Below, piece by piece: positions 9,401 to 15,400 of a DNA stretch of 18,275 bases; position 1 is the stretch's first letter, and every line of letters begins with the position of its first letter. This DNA is from Balanoglossus misakiensis (Eukaryota; Animalia; Hemichordata). The translations under genes were made by a program, and so were the position numbers. The stretch spans positions 6,720,707 to 6,738,981 of the forward strand of contig CM082591.2 of the NCBI GenBank assembly GCA_040954595.2, written 5' to 3'. A model generated the notes under the pieces. The model ran no database searches and was not told the DNA's origin. It worked only from the letters and a program-made list of their open reading frames with translations.

Positions 9401-12400
9401 ATTGCAATGATAATGTGTTCTTTGTTTTTCTATGAAAATACAACCCCCCCCCCCCCTCTCCCCATGCTGAAAGTAAAGGGGTCATCGCACCGCGTTTGTT
9501 TGTTTATAAACATTACATTTCATCCCCAAATCCCTGAAATTAGATCATTCTTAGAATGACCGAAGCAGCCAACCGTAGCATAGACTGGGCATGACAGCAA
9601 CTGAAGATCCTAGTAGGTCGTGGCGACAGCAGTGAGGTTTGCGCTGGTATGGGAGGACATATTCTCATTAAGGGGGACACCCACGCGGCGCGACGACCCA
9701 TTCCCTTGAAATTACATATATTCAACTATATTTCTTGTCGTCATGAATGTCTAATGGTTTCTTTTTTTCTTGATTTGACCAGGATTTCATTGGGTTCAAG
9801 TGTTTCACTCCAGATTGCGAAGCTGTGATTGTTTTCATTGTTATATTTGGTCATGATGGTCTGAAACGCACAGAGGTAAGTGGCAGTCATTATTGCATCA
9901 ACAGATTTTGTTCATATGTTTGTTTAAAGAGCTGTTTTCCTCTAAGTTCTCGCTACTTGCAGCAATCTGTATGTTAACTCTATGAAGAAAATTTTATAAA
10001 ACACCCTTCTTTGCTTTGAAGAAGACCACTGACACACCATGATAAAGCAAAGAATTGGTTGTGAGGATGTCCCTGAGTCACTTACTATCTTAACCCTTTC
10101 ACCACTATGGTTCAGTCCAAACCCATTGTTTTCTATGGTGAGGTTGGACCTCTAAAGAGGGAACTGGGGGTGAAAGGGTTAGGGAAGTGTTTGCGTGGTA
10201 TGATAAAGTTGTTTGCTCAATGCCAGCACATTTGGTAGGAACAGCTATACAGTATACCAGATGTCCTTTTTCTACATAAACAAAATGGCATGTCTAATTA
10301 TGGTTGATGTTGTCCTTGTATCTCTTGTATAGTTCCATGGTGAGAAACCTGCCAAATCAAAGGATGGAAAAACAAAACCTGTGAAGACCAAAGCCTACAG
10401 TGAGAAGAAATTGGCAAAAGTGAAACGAAAGAGGGAATTGAAGAAGGAAAAGAAGCGACTCGCCAAAGAAAACCGCAACAAAGCAAATGATGATAATGAA
10501 GGTGATGATGATGGTGGTGGTAGTGGTGGTGGTGATGATGATGCAGCCAAAGCTGATGAGAGAGAATTACCGATGGAAGATGGTAAGTTGAAATTTGTCC
10601 ATCCATACGCCTTTTTCATAAAGCGGGTGCCCTTTCAAAAATGATGTCACCTCCAAGCAGACAACACAAAAACATGGCCATGAGGTCACAAAGTACTGCC
10701 CGAGCTCATCTGGTTTGTTTTATATATGATATAAGTTGTGTGTAAAATTTACCTTACAATAAAATATGGCTGTCAAATGTTGATCCCAACTATAGCGATG
10801 ATACACAGGGTGATAAAGTTTTTACTCTGTGACCTACTGGCCTCCTTTTTGCATTGTCTTGGAAGGGCATCCTCTTTATGAAGGACGTTTATACAGGCAC
10901 TTGTTGCTACACTATTGACCAATTATTGTTGATGATATGTCCAGTACCATACCGGATATTATTGCTGTGTGACTTCTAACAAAGATAATTTTTAAAAGCA
11001 TTGGGTAAATTTTGGGATTTCTAAAAATAACCTTTCCATGTAGTGTGGATAATTTTCTTGAGTCACCAGTGAGTTTTTTGAGTCAGTGGTGCGACATATG
11101 GGATTAGAGGGCGCACTGATACATACATCATATCACCTCTGTGTCTCAGTCCCTTGTTAATTTTTCCCCTCTCCTCAGGTAATGTAAGCCGTCCAACCAA
11201 TCTTCCATTGTCGTCAGTCTCCAACAATGTGATTCATTCATCATCCACAAGTCCTGGTACACCAGATAGTGGTAAACAGGCTTTTAGTCTAGAAGTGGGA
11301 TACGTACTCAAGAAAGAAGAAATACAAGATGAACAACCTGCTGTGAGTATAGGACATGTATATTTTCTCAAGTCAAAAAAATTAATTTCTGAAAAATAAT
11401 AGTGATGCTGTTGTGGAATTCCCATAAAGTTTTTACACCTATACAGATTTATTCCATTCATTAGCTTTACTATATAAAGGCAAGTATGGACAAGTGGCTC
11501 TTTTTTGACCCCTCCATTGAGCAAGCTAGGGAAAGAAAACATTTTTAGCCCTGAATTTGGGTGTTGACCGATCCCATTTAGTGTTCTAATCTCATTTTAT
11601 CTTTTGTTGACAGGGTGCTCATGCCAAAACAGTGAAAACAAAATCTAAAAAGAAGAAAACCAAGGTACAGTATTTTAATAACTCCAAAGCATTTACTGTT
11701 TGGAGTAGAGCAAGATATTGCATTTGATACACAGAACAAAAATTCTGGACAAAAAGTCAAAAGATACGGCTAATGTCCCTGTAAACATTAAACTTTGCAG
11801 AATGTTCAGAGTTGGGATTTCTTTGTGAAGAAGCCAGGAGAAGAGGACGATGAAGATGGAGCCTATCAAAGGTAAAATTTAAAAAAAAAGTAAAATGAAA
11901 TTGTGAAGCTTGTAAAACTTCTTTGTTGCAGCTGTCCAGCATAATCTCAAATGAAACACTGTACTTTGATGTGGTGATTCATTGTTTCATCTTGACAGGG
12001 CCTGGGGGATTCACCCCCTGTTGACATGTTGGCACTCTCTAGCAATTTGTCAGGGGGGGGGGGGGGGGGGACAGTGCCCCATTAAAATGATTTCACACAC
12101 ATGTTGGAGATATTACATTACCCCCTGCTTGCCAGAATGGAATCCCCCCCCCCCCCCCAAAAAAAAAAAAAAAAAAAAAAAATCTGTCAAAGGACATATC
12201 CTGGAATTGAATGGAACTCTGGTGATTGACCACAAGTTGAACCACATGAATAAATGCAGGGTTGTCCCCAGCTTGACCTGAGTGCTGGCTTCTCATTAAT
12301 ATGCATATCATTAATATTCACATCTGTTTCTGGCCATAGCCATTCATCAATGTATCAAAATAAGACAATAGACTGGGTTGAGTACACAATAGTGCCTGCT

Positions 12401-15400
12401 GGCAGCCTTTGGTTGCTGGCTTTTTCTCTTGAGTGCTGGTCTGGCTGGACCATGCACCCACTCACAACTGTGTGGGGAGAACCCAGAAATTGGACAGCTA
12501 TTTGTAGTTGTACTGCTAAAATAAGCTGCATTTAAATATTTATTGCCAAGTGAATTATTATCTCCAGGCAGTATTGCTATTCTGCATTGTACTTGTCAAG
12601 ATGAGCAAAGGTGGAAGTTTTGTGTGGAAACAAATTGTATTTAACGGCAGATGTTGCGTGTACGTCTTCAATTTCTATTCTAGGTCTACTTCCACTCCCG
12701 ATGAAGGTTCCCCCTTCTCGGTTCCCGAAGCGCTGCGGGCCGACGCCGCTCAGTTCGAGAGACAGCGAGCGAATCGCCAACCGGTGCGACCGCAGCCGGT
12801 TCTCACGGATGCGGAGAGGGAAGCGGAAGAGAAACTGAAAGAGTCGCTGTTCTCGTAAGTTTTTAGTCCCCACAGACAAAGTCCAGGAGGAGGGGGGGGG
12901 GATAGATTGGGCTCTGTGTGTGCAGATGTTTGAAACCATGGCTCAGACCTTAGCCAAATAAGTCCGGGGGGGGGGGGGGGGGGGTGAATAGATTTGGCTC
13001 TGTGGGTGCAGATGTCTGGAGCCATTGCTCAGACATGCCTGGATTGATTTCATTTGAACTTGACACAAGGAAGATAAGATGTACATACTGTAAAGCGGGA
13101 AAATTTCATGACGGGAAATTTTCGCAATATCAAAAGAGGCAACTGGTATGCGACAATTTTAGCGCTCTCGAAAAACATTTACATGACTGTTTATTTTCAG
13201 TTTTTTTTACTCTCGCGAAGTTCGCAAAAATTTATCGTTCGTGAAAATTTCCCATTTCCCATTATTCTTGTATCAATTTATTTTGTGACTTGATCCAATA
13301 TGGCCAAATAAGGAAAAATTCTAACACTTACCATGGAAATTCAAATACATTTGTGTAACCAATCACAGATTTTCAGTGGGTGGCACCCCATGATCCTTCG
13401 AAAAGATATCCTTTGACCATATTTAGGCATTATGTAAATTAGAGGTGTCTGATATACCTTTAACCCTTTCACCCTCAGTTCCTTCTGTAGCATTTCAACC
13501 TTACCATTGGAAACAATGGCTTTGGACTTGACCATACTGACAGGCATACATGTTGCTGAAAAAAATACACTGAATTCCTTTGATTTCATAAAAATATATA
13601 TCTTACTTTATACAAAGAAATTCTGACTCACAAATTTGCATGGCTGACTACCAATTCATAAATGTGGTAGTCAAAACTGACTACTAAGTTAAAATATTAA
13701 TTTCGAGCCCTGGGCTATGCACGTAATCACACATTTTATTTGTTTCCTTGCAAAGGTACTTTGCCCAGATCCTGGATAAACACGGACCGCTTTCAGCTGA
13801 GGATCCTCTCTTGGTGAACGAGTTCTACCAGTTATTTCCCCCGGAAGCCCATGAACTTGTGACGCGTTGGGGAAGTCTCGCCGATTTCTTGCTGCAGTCG
13901 CTGCAGTTTGCCATGGTGGAGGACGTTCTGTGTTTGCTGAAGGACTCCGTCCGGTGCTACGAACTCATCCGGCAGCGGAAGGAAGCGGGGAAATCCGACG
14001 CTGCGAACGGAAAACCGCAACCCGCAAACATTCCGCCGCAGTCCGGCGCTATCCCCAAGAGCGCGTCGACGCCCAGCTTCCGGAACCCGGGCCCGAGTCT
14101 CTCGGCGGAGAACTTCCCCAAGCTGTCGGAAAAGGGGGGCGGGGAGTCGCGCAAACCGGGAAATAACGAGAAGGAGAAAAGTAAAGAGAAACAGAAGACC
14201 AAACAGAAAAATGGCGCGACTGTGAAGCCTGCAGTGGATGATAGAAGCAGTCCCCTATCCCCGCTGGATACTTTATCCGATTTCCGTATCGTAGACGGCC
14301 TCTCACAGACAACTGCTCCCATGGAAACCGTTCCCATGGAATCCTATGCGTATCATTACCAGGAGTTTACCCTCCAGAGGGGGAATAACATTTGTGTGCC
14401 TGTGGAAGACTATATCCCCATCGAAGAACCCAAACCCGGTATCTCTCTGCAGCAGAGGGCCGCTAATCACCTTAATATGAGCGCTGTTTCCGTGAACCAT
14501 GACATGAATAAGACGGGATTTGATTCCGGAATCCATCTGGAGACTCCGACCCCTCCGGAGGACGCTTTTCCGGAGTTGACGCAGACGAACCTGGATTTCG
14601 CCGGCAAGCATCACGCGGTGAAGAAAAAGTCTGCGAAGTCGACACGGCCTGATTTGAATAGTGCACCTGGGATCAACGTGAGCAAAAAGACAGCAGTTGT
14701 GAATGCTGCTGACGTTGGTGTAGGTGGTGTTGCTGTTGTTGGGATAGGAGTTGGCGGTAATGCATTTGTGGAAACCAGGGCTCCGGAGCCCGAGCAACAG
14801 GTTGTTGTACAATACTTGAACAAGAGGGATTTCTGTGTGCAAACCCTCTGGCCGGCCCTGAAGACAATAGGTGTGAACACTGATGGCTTCAAGGAACCGT
14901 CTCAAGAACAATTTATAAAGGTGTCCAGGGAAAAACGTTTGCTGCAGGTAACTTTTGTTTTTAGTGGGAAATGATACAGTATTGAGCTGTTAACTATTTT
15001 CTTGGGGAAAAGTGTACAAATAATAGTATTTCTACTTTATTTACTTGTAAACAGTCCAAATTATAACACACGTCATCCACAGACTTGTGTTCTCATTCGT
15101 CAATTGATAGTCACGTGGTGTGCGTTCTTTTTGTGCTGTTGCCCGCCGGGCATCAGTTCCGAAAGATGATGCCCGCTCACTTTGTGTATGGTGTGTTCTT
15201 ATGCATGGCTGTGGATCAGGTCCTGGTGTGTTACAAAACACATATTGACTGGCTTTTCGGGCAACAGCATACGTCTTTCACCCCTCGGGACTGTTAGTCA
15301 CCCCCCCCCCCCCCCCCCAAAAAAAAAAAAAAAAAACAGACTGTTTCACACGGCCTTTGGCCTCGGGGAAACAGTCTGTCTTGGGGGGTGACTCACAATC

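Noticed and set aside
10298-10606. Minus-strand ORF with a striking poly-His tract
   Set aside because: Antisense reading of the GAT/GGT repeat in TTC3-like exon 9; no independent gene structure
11735-11800. Alternative upstream acceptor (acacag) for exon 12
   Set aside because: Introduces an in-frame TAA (11771-11773)
13832-14911. Several overlapping antisense and alternate-frame ORFs (up to 202 aa)
   Set aside because: Expected shadows of the GC-rich, stop-poor exon 14
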